Below, piece after piece: positions 27,794 through 37,002 of a stretch of 64,000 bases of DNA. Under the pieces are notes generated by a model. That model was not told the origin of the DNA. It did no database searches and saw only the letters and a program-made list of their open reading frames with translations. The DNA is from Actinomycetota bacterium (GTDB lineage Bacteria > Actinomycetota > UBA4738), in assembly GCA_046726275.1 (NCBI GenBank), contig JBKPAF010000040.1, positions 174 to 64,173 on the forward strand, in the 5' to 3' direction. The position numbers were made by a program, and so were the translations under genes. Numbering within the stretch: the stretch's first letter is position 1; every line of letters begins with the position of its first letter.

Positions 27794-29221
27794 ATGCTAT
27801 CGGCGTTCCGGGGAGGAGGAGGGGGTCGCACGCCTGCCATGCCCGACGCTGCGCCCGTCACCCGGGCGGCCATCATCGATCGGAGGAGGGGCACGCCTCG
27901 CGTCGGGGTGGTCCTGGCCGCAGGGCGGTCAGAACGCCTCCGCCGGCACACCGGGGGCCGGTCGAAGCTCCTTCTCCGCCTGGGCGGGCTGCCCCTGATC
28001 GAGCGGGCCATCCGAACCCTCCTGGCAAACGATCTCGAGCGCGTCGTGGTCGTCGTGGGGCACCAGGGGGACGCCGTCGCCGCGGCTGCCCGCCGCGTCG
28101 CTCCCGACCGGGTGCAGATCGTCCGAGCCATCGATTGGGCGAGAGGAAACGGGGCTTCTCTGTCGGCCGCCGAGGGCGTCCTGCGCGGGGAGGATCTGTT
28201 CGTCCTCCTGTGCAGCGATCATGTGTTCGCTCCGGACGCTCTTGACGGGCTCATCCGGGCGGGGGGGCCGGCCGTGCTCGTCGATCCCTCGCCCGAGGCG
28301 GACGCCTGGGGGGAGGGCACCCGGGTCCACGTCGAGGGTCACCGGGCTGTCGCCTTCGGCAAGGACCTGGACGACCCGCCCATCGATTGCGGAGCGTTCC
28401 TTCTCTCCCCCGACATCTTCGCGGCGGGGCGGCGGGGCGCCGCCGACGGCGACCATTCCCTGGCCGGGGCGGTCACGCGCCTGGCCGCCACGGTGCCGGT
28501 CAAGGCCGAGCCGATCCCCGCGGAGAGCTGGTGGCAGGACATCGACACCCCGGAAGACCTTCGCAGGGCCCGGCGCCTGCTTCGGCGGTCCCTGACCAAG
28601 AGCACCGACGGTCCGGTCTCCCGCTACCTGAACCGTCCGATCTCCACTCGCTTGTCCATGGCCCTGGCTCCCCTCCGACCCTCGCCCAATCTCGTGTCGT
28701 GGGTCGCGTTCTTCATCGGGATCGTCGCGGCCAGCCTGCTGGCGGCAGAACGCCCGTTGATCGGGGGACTCCTCGTCCATCTGCACTCGGTGCTCGACGG
28801 CGTCGACGGTGAGTCCGCCAGGCTCCAGATGCGCACGAATCCCCGCGGAGCCAGGCTTGACAACCTGCTCGATCGCATCGTCGATGCCGCGATCGTGGCG
28901 GGACTCGGCTGGTGGGTCGCCTACAACTGGTTCAGCCCTCGGACCATCCTGCTGCTCGCCGCGATCGGGGCGGCGTGGGGGCTCCTCGCGCAGGCAGGAA
29001 AGGAACGCTCAACCGTTCTGGGCCTTCCCGCGTCCACGGAACGCCTCCTCGGCTATCTCCTTGGAGGACGGGATGGGCGGCTGTTCCTGGTCACGGCGTG
29101 GGCCGTGCTCGGCCATCCGATGGTCGCCCTGATGGCGTTCTCGGTGGCGTGGGTGGCCAGCGTGGCGATCCGGGTTCTCCTGGTCAGGCGACTGGCCCTC
29201 GATTCGGCCACCACCGCCTGA
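27794..29221 (+). CDS. bifunctional nucleotidyltransferase / CDP-alcohol phosphatidyltransferase, IPCT/DIPPS-like
   Basis: The N-terminal half has VVLAAGRSERL ... GNGASL ... WQDIDTPEDLRRARRLL. The C-terminal membrane half has DGVDGESAR-x8-G-x3-D-x3-D at 28796-28873. Other possible starts are 27770 (TTG) and 27839 (ATG). Confidence 0.8.
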   Translation: MLSAFRGGGGGRTPAMPDAAPVTRAAIIDRRRGTPRVGVVLAAGRSERLRRHTGGRSKLLLRLGGLPLIERAIRTLLANDLERVVVVVGHQGDAVAAAARRVAPDRVQIVRAIDWARGNGASLSAAEGVLRGEDLFVLLCSDHVFAPDALDGLIRAGGPAVLVDPSPEADAWGEGTRVHVEGHRAVAFGKDLDDPPIDCGAFLLSPDIFAAGRRGAADGDHSLAGAVTRLAATVPVKAEPIPAESWWQDIDTPEDLRRARRLLRRSLTKSTDGPVSRYLNRPISTRLSMALAPLRPSPNLVSWVAFFIGIVAASLLAAERPLIGGLLVHLHSVLDGVDGESARLQMRTNPRGARLDNLLDRIVDAAIVAGLGWWVAYNWFSPRTILLLAAIGAAWGLLAQAGKERSTVLGLPASTERLLGYLLGGRDGRLFLVTAWAVLGHPMVALMAFSVAWVASVAIRVLLVRRLALDSATTA

Positions 29222-29230
29222 GGGCGGCGC

Positions 29231-30346
29231 TCAGGAACGAGCGCCCACGTCGATCATCGGAGACGATTCGTCCGCCGACCCCGGCTCCTTCCTCCACCCC
29301 CGCTTCCGGCGCCATGCGACGTAGGTGAGGGCGCCGATCGGAATCTGGATGTAGTACGTGAGGAAGCGAAACACGAGGACGGCCGCGATCGCCTCGGCCC
29401 GGTCGGCCCCGGCCAGCACCAGCCCGGCCACGTATCCGAGTTCGGCGAGCCCGACGTTGCCCGGGATGATCGGGACCGAGGAGGCGAGCCGCACGAGAGC
29501 GAAGACCGCGAACGCCTGGGCCCAGTTCACCTCCGCGTCGGAGACGCCGATGAAGCGCAGGCTCATCAGCAGCACCACGTAGATCGACAGGTGGCTGACG
29601 ACGGTGGCCAGGGTGAGGAAATGCCACCGGCGACGAAGCAGGCTGATCGTCTGGGCCCGGAACCGCACCGCCTTCGCGCCCCAACCCTCCACCGGAGGCT
29701 TCCTGAATGCCCGTCGAAGGAACGAGACCACCCGTTCGGAGGCGACGCCGAGCTGCTCGGCGAATCGGTCCCGCCAGAGGCTCAGGCCGATCCCGAGCGT
29801 GACCACGACCAGGATGGTCACCCCGATCACCGCCGACGTCACGAGGGCATCGTCGTGGTCGCCGTGGATGGCCAGGATGACCAGGGCGAGCACCGGCAAC
29901 ACCAGCCGAAGCACGTAGTTCCAGAAGCCGGTAACCAGCGCCTGGAGGGCGATGTCCGAGCGGCGGAACCCCCAGGAGCGGAACATGGCGTACGAGACGC
30001 CGACCGCGACGGCGCCCCCGCCCGGAACCGTCATGGCGACGGAAGTGGACGACTGATTGACCACGGCGGCCTTGGCCACTGACAGGCCAGGCATCCCCGC
30101 CATCGTCACCGGCCAGTAAGTCACGATGTTCCAGACAGTGGCCAGGGCGAGGAGTGCGTACTGCGCGGCCGTCATCGACCGGATCGAGGCCCACACCTGG
30201 CCGAGGTCCGCCAACTGGGGAAGCACCAGAAGGAACACCCCCAGTACGACGGCCGCGAACAACAGGATCTGCGCGGCCCGGCCCAAGCGTCTCCTCTCCC
30301 GGCTTCTCGCCGCGGAGGGATCAGCGGGTTCGCCTTCCGGACTCAT
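29231..30346 (-). CDS. UPF0104 / lysylphosphatidylglycerol-synthase-TM-region (flippase-like) membrane protein
   Basis: ORF 29231..30778 trimmed to ATG 30346. It is polytopic, and IIPGNVGLAELGYVAGLVLAG is typical of this family. Confidence 0.8.
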   Translation of the reverse strand: MSPEGEPADPSAARSRERRRLGRAAQILLFAAVVLGVFLLVLPQLADLGQVWASIRSMTAAQYALLALATVWNIVTYWPVTMAGMPGLSVAKAAVVNQSSTSVAMTVPGGGAVAVGVSYAMFRSWGFRRSDIALQALVTGFWNYVLRLVLPVLALVILAIHGDHDDALVTSAVIGVTILVVVTLGIGLSLWRDRFAEQLGVASERVVSFLRRAFRKPPVEGWGAKAVRFRAQTISLLRRRWHFLTLATVVSHLSIYVVLLMSLRFIGVSDAEVNWAQAFAVFALVRLASSVPIIPGNVGLAELGYVAGLVLAGADRAEAIAAVLVFRFLTYYIQIPIGALTYVAWRRKRGWRKEPGSADESSPMIDVGARS

Positions 30347-30439
30347 CCGCGTTCCATCATCGGGCCCCGGAGCATGGTCCAGCAAGAGAGCACCCACCGC
30401 CACGCTCCCGCCGCCGGGGGGGACTACAATCTCGAACAC

Positions 30440-32521
30440 ATGTTCGGCACAACCAGTCGCGGCCTCCCTGCCGCCCTCGCCCAGCCGGCATGGGCCGAGG
30501 GGCTCAATGCCCGACAGCTCGAAGCCGTCACCTCGGACTCGAGGACCACGCTGGTGGTGGCCGGGGCCGGGACGGGCAAAACGCTGACCCTTGCCTGCCG
30601 GGTGGCCCATCTGATCGAACGAGGAGTTCCCCCGGCCCGGCTCCTGCTCCTCACGTTCACCAGGCGGGCGGCTGGCGAGATGCTGGAGCGAGCCCGGCGC
30701 ATGACCGGCGAGGCCTCCACGTCGCAGGTCTGGGGAGGCACGTTCCACGCGATGGCCAACCGTCTCCTCAGGATGCACGGCCGCACGATCGGCGTCCGCG
30801 CCGACTTCACAGTGATGGACCAGGCGGACGCCGCGGACGTGATGAACCTGATCAGGGACGACCTCGGGTTGGCCCGGAGGGAACGGCGATTCCCGCGAAA
30901 GGACACGCTCGCGGCGATCTACTCGAGAACCGTCAACACGGCCGTCCGGCTTGCGGAGGCGATCGACCGCTGGTTTCCCTGGTGCCGGGACGACGTCAAG
31001 GAGATCGGCGCGATCTTCCAGCTGTACGTGGAGCGGAAGCGCCGACAGAACGTGCTCGACTACGACGACCTACTCCTCTTCTGGGCCGCACTGGCTCGTT
31101 CCCAGTCGTCGGGCGGATCCCCACCGCTCTTCGACCACATCCTCGTGGACGAATACCAGGACACCAACGCGATCCAGGCCGAGATCCTCCGCCACATCGC
31201 CCGAGACGTGAGCCTCATGGTCGTCGGAGACGACGCCCAGTCCATCTACTCGTTCCGGGCCGCGACCGTCCGCAACATCCTGCAGTTCGCGCAGGACTTT
31301 CCCGGGGCCAGGGTGGCCAAGCTCGAACAGAACTACCGTTCGACACCGTACATCCTGGCCGTCTCGAACGCGGTCATCGCCCTCTCCCCGGAGCGCCACG
31401 AGAAGACCCTGTGGTCCGAACGCCCCGCGGGGCGACGGCCCGAGCTCGTCACCTGTCTCGACGAGGCCGAGCAAAGCGAGGCGATCTGTCGCCGGGTCCT
31501 CGAATACAGGGAGGCGGGCATCCTCCTCAAGCGGCAGGCCGTCCTGTTCCGCGCGGCGCACCACAGCGACGTGTTGGAGGTCGAGCTGTCCCGCCGAAAC
31601 ATCCCCTTCGTCAAGTACGGGGGCCTGAAGTTCCTGGAGGCCGCCCACGTGAAGGACGTCCTTGCCGTCCTGCGGATCCTCGAGAACCCCTATGACGAGG
31701 TGAGCTGGTTCCGCGTCCTGCAGCTCCTGGACGGAATGGGTCCGTCGTCAGCCCGCAGGTTCATGGAAGACCTGGGCGTCCGGCAGGGAGTTGGTTCCGA
31801 GCCGTCTCCGCTCCGCCGGTTGCTCGATGGGCCTCCGGATGTTTCGCCTCCCGCCGCCCCGGGCGTGAGATCGCTGCGAAGCACCCTGCACGACTGCGTG
31901 GCGTCGGGTGCGGGCGCCGCGGAGGAGATCGAGAGGATCACCCTGTTCCTGGAGCCGGCGCTCGTCAGCCGATACCGCAATCCTCGCGAGCGGATGCGGG
32001 ACCTCGAGCAACTGGCCCTGTTGGCGGGCGAATATCCGAACCGCGCCCGGTTCCTCACCGAGCTCACCCTCGATCCACCCTCCTCGACCAGCGACCTCGC
32101 CGGACCGCCCTTGCTGGACGAGGACTACCTCGTCCTCTCCACGATCCATTCGGCGAAAGGGCTCGAGTGGGAAGTCGTCCATGTCATTCACGCGGCCGAC
32201 GGCATGATCCCTTCCGACATGGCGACCGGGAGCGCAGAGGAGATCGAGGAAGAGCGGCGGCTTCTCTATGTCGCCATGACGCGGGCCAGCGAAGCCCTCC
32301 ACGTGTACTTCCCGCTGCGGTACTACCACCGGCCGCGCGGCCTCGAGGACGGGCACAGCTACGCGCAGCTCACCCGGTTCCTTCCCCGCTCGATCCAGGA
32401 TCTCTTCGGCCGCAGCACCGAACATCGAGCGGCGGACGCGGACGCTGATCCTTCTCCCACCGCGACGATGGGTTCAGTGGCGGCTGTGGACGAGTTCCTC
32501 ACCGCCCTGTGGCGTGACTAG
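30440..32521 (+). CDS. UvrD/Rep/PcrA-type ATP-dependent DNA helicase
   Basis: ATG 30440. Walker A is AGAGTGKTLTL, followed by LLTFTRRAAGEM, VDEYQDTN, YRST, a late TIHSAKGLEW and LLYVAMTRA. Confidence 0.85.
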   Translation: MFGTTSRGLPAALAQPAWAEGLNARQLEAVTSDSRTTLVVAGAGTGKTLTLACRVAHLIERGVPPARLLLLTFTRRAAGEMLERARRMTGEASTSQVWGGTFHAMANRLLRMHGRTIGVRADFTVMDQADAADVMNLIRDDLGLARRERRFPRKDTLAAIYSRTVNTAVRLAEAIDRWFPWCRDDVKEIGAIFQLYVERKRRQNVLDYDDLLLFWAALARSQSSGGSPPLFDHILVDEYQDTNAIQAEILRHIARDVSLMVVGDDAQSIYSFRAATVRNILQFAQDFPGARVAKLEQNYRSTPYILAVSNAVIALSPERHEKTLWSERPAGRRPELVTCLDEAEQSEAICRRVLEYREAGILLKRQAVLFRAAHHSDVLEVELSRRNIPFVKYGGLKFLEAAHVKDVLAVLRILENPYDEVSWFRVLQLLDGMGPSSARRFMEDLGVRQGVGSEPSPLRRLLDGPPDVSPPAAPGVRSLRSTLHDCVASGAGAAEEIERITLFLEPALVSRYRNPRERMRDLEQLALLAGEYPNRARFLTELTLDPPSSTSDLAGPPLLDEDYLVLSTIHSAKGLEWEVVHVIHAADGMIPSDMATGSAEEIEEERRLLYVAMTRASEALHVYFPLRYYHRPRGLEDGHSYAQLTRFLPRSIQDLFGRSTEHRAADADADPSPTATMGSVAAVDEFLTALWRD

Positions 32522-33933
32522 GGGGCAGCTCCTCGATCGAGCTCACGCGCGGCCGATCGGATGATCTCCACGGCCTCCTCGATCCGGTCGCGATGCGTCC
32601 GGTGGGAGAGGATGCACGCCCGGATGACGAACCGGCCCTCGATCAACGTGCTCGAGAGGAACACCCGCTTCGACTCGTTGATCCGTTCCAGGAGCGCGCG
32701 GTTGAACTCGTCTGCGTCACCGGTCGCAGGGCGATAGCGGAAGGCCACGACGGACAGGTCGGGTTCCCACGGCAGCTCGAATCCGGGCGAGTCCGCCAAC
32801 GCTTGGTAGAGGTGCTGCGTGAGGTCGAGCTTCTCGTTCAGCGCCGACCGGAACGCGCCGACGCCGTGCAGCATGAGCGGAAGCCATACCCGGAGGCCTC
32901 GGAAATCGCGGGAGAGCTCGGGAGAGTAGTCGGCGAAGTTGGGGATCTCTTCCTCGGGGGCCAGGTCCTGAAGGTAATCGGCCCCGACCTGGTGGGCGTC
33001 GCGTAGTCGTTTGCCCTCCCGGACGAGGAGGCTCCCCGTGCCATACGGAAGGAACATGCCCTTGTGCGGATCCAGGGTGATGGAGTCGGCCTCCGCGATG
33101 CCGTCGAAGAGGCGACGTCCCCGATCCGTGAGCTGGAAGAAGCCGCCGTATGCCCCATCGACGTGCAGCCACAGATCCTCTTCCCTGGCCACCCGGGCGA
33201 TCTCCGCGATGGGGTCGACCCTTCCAGTGTTGGTCGTCCCCGCGCTGGCGACGACGCAGAACGGCCGCAGCCCCCGGTCCCGGTCATCGCGGACCATCGC
33301 CTCCAGCCGATCGACGTCCATGGCCAGATCGGAGGTCGTGGGAACGATCCGGACGGCCGCGTGCGGAAACCCCGCGAGGATCGTTGCCTTCGCGACCGAG
33401 GCGTGCGCCTGGTCGGTGACGTATAGCGTTCCCCGGGCCGGGTCCTCGCCGAGATGGACGTGACGCCCGGTCACCACGGCCGAGAAGTTGGCCATCGATC
33501 CGCCCGACGTGAGGATCCCCCGGGCCTCGTCCGGGTAGTCGAACAGATCGCACAGCCACCGGATCACGTCCTGCTCCATCTGGACGAATCGGGGAGCGGC
33601 GTGCCACACGCCGACGTACCGGTTCACCCCGCACGCGAGGAAGTCCGCCAGAGCCGCCGCGAAGAGTCCACCGCCCGGGATGTAGGCGAGATATCCGGGT
33701 CCGGCGGTGTTGAATCCCTTGCGAGCTCCCGCTTCGACCGCTTCGAGGAGCGACGGGAACGGGTGGCCGTCATCCGACGGGACCTCGCGAGTCCCGTCCA
33801 GTTCGCGGAGATCGAGGTCCGAGGCCGGAGCAGCCGGAAGCGCTTCAATGAATCCGCCAAGGAACATGAGGGCGGCCTCGCCCATGGCCCGCATCTCTTC
33901 GAGGGAAGGCTCCAAGGGATAGCGCTCGTCCAT
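32518..33933 (-). CDS. pyridoxal-dependent (group II) amino-acid decarboxylase
   Basis: ATG 33933. The PLP-lysine motif is ITLDPHKGMFLPYG. Its stop overlaps the helicase stop in a shared CTAG (32518-32521). Confidence 0.85.
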   Translation of the reverse strand: MDERYPLEPSLEEMRAMGEAALMFLGGFIEALPAAPASDLDLRELDGTREVPSDDGHPFPSLLEAVEAGARKGFNTAGPGYLAYIPGGGLFAAALADFLACGVNRYVGVWHAAPRFVQMEQDVIRWLCDLFDYPDEARGILTSGGSMANFSAVVTGRHVHLGEDPARGTLYVTDQAHASVAKATILAGFPHAAVRIVPTTSDLAMDVDRLEAMVRDDRDRGLRPFCVVASAGTTNTGRVDPIAEIARVAREEDLWLHVDGAYGGFFQLTDRGRRLFDGIAEADSITLDPHKGMFLPYGTGSLLVREGKRLRDAHQVGADYLQDLAPEEEIPNFADYSPELSRDFRGLRVWLPLMLHGVGAFRSALNEKLDLTQHLYQALADSPGFELPWEPDLSVVAFRYRPATGDADEFNRALLERINESKRVFLSSTLIEGRFVIRACILSHRTHRDRIEEAVEIIRSAARELDRGAAP

Positions 33934-33946
33934 GGCCGACAAGTAT

Positions 33947-33985
33947 GGAACGAAAAATTCCCGCTTCGTTCCCGCGAAGGCGGGA
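33947..33985. promoter_or_regulatory. nested inverted/direct repeats in the divergent intergenic region
   Basis: GGAACGAA (33947-54) and TTCGTTCC (33965-72) are perfect inverse complements separated by 10 nt. They overlap a hairpin TCCCGC-GAAG-GCGGGA (33970-85). TTCCCGC occurs twice. Confidence 0.25.
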
Positions 33986-34089
33986 CCGGCGAGAGTAGGC
34001 TAGTCGCCCGTCCCCCAGGTGGCGTATCGATTGCCCCCCATCCTCCGAGTAGCCTCGTGCGCCCCGGCGGCGGAAAGAGGAGGTGTGCC

Positions 34090-35193
34090 TTGCCCACTCG
34101 CCCCGAGCGCCAACGACGCGACGTGCCGAGATCCTCGAGCCTGCGGACGCGACTGATCCTCCTGGTGCTCCTCGCTTTCGTCCCGGGTCTCGTGCTCCTG
34201 CTCTCCTCGGGGCGGGTGATCGACACGCGCCAGACGGTCATCACACTCGCCGCACTGGTTGCGATCGCGATCGCGGGGGCTGCCGCCGACCTGTTCATCG
34301 TTCGCAGAGCCCGAGCGCTCGTGGAAGCCACTAGGCGAGTGGAAGCAGGCGACTTCACGGCCCGGACCGGTCCGCCCTACGGACGAGGAGAGCTCGGAGC
34401 ACTCGGTAGGGCGTTCGACGAGATGGCGATGGCGCTGCAACAGCGCCAGCGCGAGGCAGAGCGTGCCAAGGCAGAGTTCCAGGCCAACCTCGTCGTGCTG
34501 CAGGCGAGCGATGAGGAACGACGTCGCCTGGTGATCCACCTGACGCAGGCCCAGGAGCAGGAACGCGGACGGATCGCCTCGGACATCCACGACGACTCCA
34601 TCCAGGCGATGACCGCGGTGAGCATCCGTCTGGAGACCTTGCGCAGGCGGCTGACGGATCCGGAACAGCTCCGGGTCCTGGAAGAGCTCGAGGAAACGGT
34701 GGTCCTGTCGATCGCCAGGCTGCGCCACCTCCTCTTCGAGCTGAGGCCGCCCGTCCTGGACCGGGAGGGGCTGGCCCCGGCGCTTCGGGTCTATCTCGAC
34801 GAGCTCAGCAAGGAGACGCGCCTGTGGTACGAGATCGACAACCAACTCACGGTGGAGCCTCCCCCGGAGACTCGCCGGATCCTGTACCGGATCACCCAGG
34901 AGGCGCTGACGAACGTGCGCAAGCATGCCCACGCCCGGCGCGTGATCGTGTCGCTGCACGAGGAGGAGCGAGGCTTCCGGGTCCGGGTTCGAGACGACGG
35001 CCAGGGATTCGTCATGAAGGAACCCGAGGAGCAGGCCCCCGGCCACCTCGGATTCACCGCGATGCGCGAGCGGGCGGAGATCGCGGGTGGCTGGTGGCGG
35101 GTGGCGAGCGCACCGCAGGCGGGCACCACCGTGGAGTTCTGGGTCCCGGCCCGGCGCGCCCGGCGGGTCCAGCGCCATGAGGCCACTCGATGA
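34090..35193 (+). CDS. sensor histidine kinase (TM, HAMP, HisKA_3, HATPase_c)
   Basis: TTG 34090 lies 6 nt after GAGGAGG. The HAMP-like segment is GELGALGRAFDEMA, the H-box is RIASDIHDDSIQ, and LGFTAMRERAEIAGG follows. Confidence 0.8.
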   Translation: MPTRPERQRRDVPRSSSLRTRLILLVLLAFVPGLVLLLSSGRVIDTRQTVITLAALVAIAIAGAAADLFIVRRARALVEATRRVEAGDFTARTGPPYGRGELGALGRAFDEMAMALQQRQREAERAKAEFQANLVVLQASDEERRRLVIHLTQAQEQERGRIASDIHDDSIQAMTAVSIRLETLRRRLTDPEQLRVLEELEETVVLSIARLRHLLFELRPPVLDREGLAPALRVYLDELSKETRLWYEIDNQLTVEPPPETRRILYRITQEALTNVRKHAHARRVIVSLHEEERGFRVRVRDDGQGFVMKEPEEQAPGHLGFTAMRERAEIAGGWWRVASAPQAGTTVEFWVPARRARRVQRHEATR

Positions 35194-36377
35194 GCCCGAT
35201 CCGAGTCCTGATCGCCGAGGACGAGCCGGGTGTACGGCACGCGCTCTCTGAGCTCATCAGCGGCGAGTCGTCGTTCGAGCTCGTCGGGGCGGCCGGTCAC
35301 GCCGTCCAGGCCGTGGAACTCGCGCAGGCACACCACCCTGACGTCGCGCTCGTCGACGTGAAGATGCCGGGAGGCGGGGGGCAGCGGGCGGCCATGGGCA
35401 TCAAGTCGTACTCCCCCCAGACGAGAGTCCTGGCCCTGTCGGCGTATGACGATCGTGGCAGCGTCCTGGAGATGGTCCGGGCGGGCGCGGTGGGATATCT
35501 CGTCAAGGGGAGCTCGCCCAGGCAGATCCTGGAGGCGATCCGAGCCACCGCCCAAGGCCAGGGCGCGCTGTCGGCGGAAGTCGCGGCAGACGTGATCCAG
35601 GAGCTGGCAGGACAGCTCAGGCGGGAGGAGGAACAGGCCCGCCATCACGGCGAGCAGATGAGCTCCATCAGACGGGTTCTTGGAGGGAAGGGCATCGCCA
35701 TGGTCTTCCAACCCATGGCCGATCTGCGGACCCGTGCCATCGTGGGATTCGAGGCGCTGGCCAGATTCGACCTGGATCGCTGGCGGGCCCCCGAGGCCGC
35801 GTTCCGGGAAGCCGGCCAGGTGGGACTCCTGGTCGACCTGGAGCTGGCCGCCATCCGCATCGCCCTCAGCCAGATCGAACGGCTTCCGAACGGCGCGTTC
35901 CTGTCCCTCAACCTGTCTCCGGCCACTGCGATGTCGGAGCTGTTCCTGGGCCTGGCCCTCTCCGGGCCCTCCGACCGGGTCGTCATGGAGATCACCGAGC
36001 ACGCCCAGGTGGACGACTATGCCGCGCTCAACGACGCCGTGGCGAAGCTCAGGGACCACAAGGTTCGCCTGGCGATCGATGACGCCGGCGCGGGCTTCGC
36101 CAGCCTCCAGCACATCATTCGGTTGAACCCGGACTTCATCAAGCTAGACATCGCGCTCACCAGAGGCATCGACGACGCTCCCGTCCGGCGCGCCCTCGCC
36201 ACGGCGTTGATCTCCTTCGCGTCAGAGATCGGAGCCTCGATCATCGCCGAAGGGATCCAGACCAAGGGCGAGTTCGACACCCTCCGAGCCCTGGGCGTCC
36301 CGTTCGGCCAGGGCTTCTACCTCGCCCCACCCGCCGAACTCCCCCTTTTCGGGTATTCCTTCCCGTCCAAGGTCTGA
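35190..36377 (+). CDS. response regulator with receiver + EAL (c-di-GMP phosphodiesterase) domains
   Basis: The ATG overlaps the kinase stop (ATGA). REC shows IRVLIAEDE ... DVALVDVKMPGGGG ... GYLVKG. EAL shows GFEALAR, LSLNLS, MEITEH, AIDDAGAGFAS, IKLD, AEGIQT and GQGFY. Confidence 0.85.
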   Translation: MSPIRVLIAEDEPGVRHALSELISGESSFELVGAAGHAVQAVELAQAHHPDVALVDVKMPGGGGQRAAMGIKSYSPQTRVLALSAYDDRGSVLEMVRAGAVGYLVKGSSPRQILEAIRATAQGQGALSAEVAADVIQELAGQLRREEEQARHHGEQMSSIRRVLGGKGIAMVFQPMADLRTRAIVGFEALARFDLDRWRAPEAAFREAGQVGLLVDLELAAIRIALSQIERLPNGAFLSLNLSPATAMSELFLGLALSGPSDRVVMEITEHAQVDDYAALNDAVAKLRDHKVRLAIDDAGAGFASLQHIIRLNPDFIKLDIALTRGIDDAPVRRALATALISFASEIGASIIAEGIQTKGEFDTLRALGVPFGQGFYLAPPAELPLFGYSFPSKV

Positions 36378-36473
36378 CTTATGGTCCTCCGGATTCCCCC
36401 GCCAGACGCGGTCTCGAATCGTACGGACGTCGAGCCATGGTGGGCCGCACTCCGAAAGCGAGGAAGCCGCGCG

Positions 36474-36917
36474 GTGTCCATTCGAGTCCTTGTCGCCGAA
36501 GACGCGCCGGTCGTCCGGACGGCGCTGGCCGCTTTGATCTCGGCCGATCCCGGCCTGGAGCTCGTCGGGACGGCGGAGGACGCCGTCGAGGCGATCGAGC
36601 TGGCCAGGGTCACTCGGCCCGACATCGCCATCGTCGACGTGAGGATGCCCGGCGGTGGGGGGTCCCGGGCCACCCGCGAGATCCTCTGGCACTCCCCCGA
36701 GACCCGCGTGCTGGCGCTGTCGGCTCGGCCCGAGCGTGACTGCGTCCTCGAGATGCAGGCGGCCGGAGCGGCGTGCTACGTCCTGAAGGGGACGCCCGCC
36801 CAGGAGATCCTGCGGACCATTCGGAGCTGCGCCGCGGACGCCCGCCGCGCGCCGGGCGCCTCAGGCAGGACCCCGGCGCCGTCCCGCCTCCTCCAGTCTC
36901 CCTGGGTCTCTGCCTGA
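36474..36917 (+). CDS. single-domain response regulator (receiver only)
   Basis: GTG 36474 lies 7 nt after GAGGAAG. IRVLVAEDA ... DIAIVDVRMPGGGG ... CYVLKG make it a paralog of the preceding REC. The ORF track start is 36381. Confidence 0.7.
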   Translation: MSIRVLVAEDAPVVRTALAALISADPGLELVGTAEDAVEAIELARVTRPDIAIVDVRMPGGGGSRATREILWHSPETRVLALSARPERDCVLEMQAAGAACYVLKGTPAQEILRTIRSCAADARRAPGASGRTPAPSRLLQSPWVSA

Positions 36918-36924
36918 GCCGAGC

Positions 36925-36944
36925 TCCCCCGGCGGGGGATTTCT
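36925..36944 (+). terminator. candidate intrinsic terminator after the REC gene
   Basis: TCCCCC-GGC-GGGGGA stem-loop starting 8 nt after the stop, followed by TTTCT. Confidence 0.35.
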
Positions 36945-36957
36945 GGGGGTTCCCCCC

Positions 36958-36975
36958 GTACCTCGTATCAGGTAC
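36958..36975. promoter_or_regulatory. perfect palindrome GTACCT-N6-AGGTAC upstream of cbs
   Basis: Read directly at 36958-36975. It has the 6-N6-6 dyad symmetry typical of dimeric repressor operators. Confidence 0.25.
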
Positions 36976-37002
36976 GCTATCGCTCCGCTACGTGCGGTCC
37001 CA

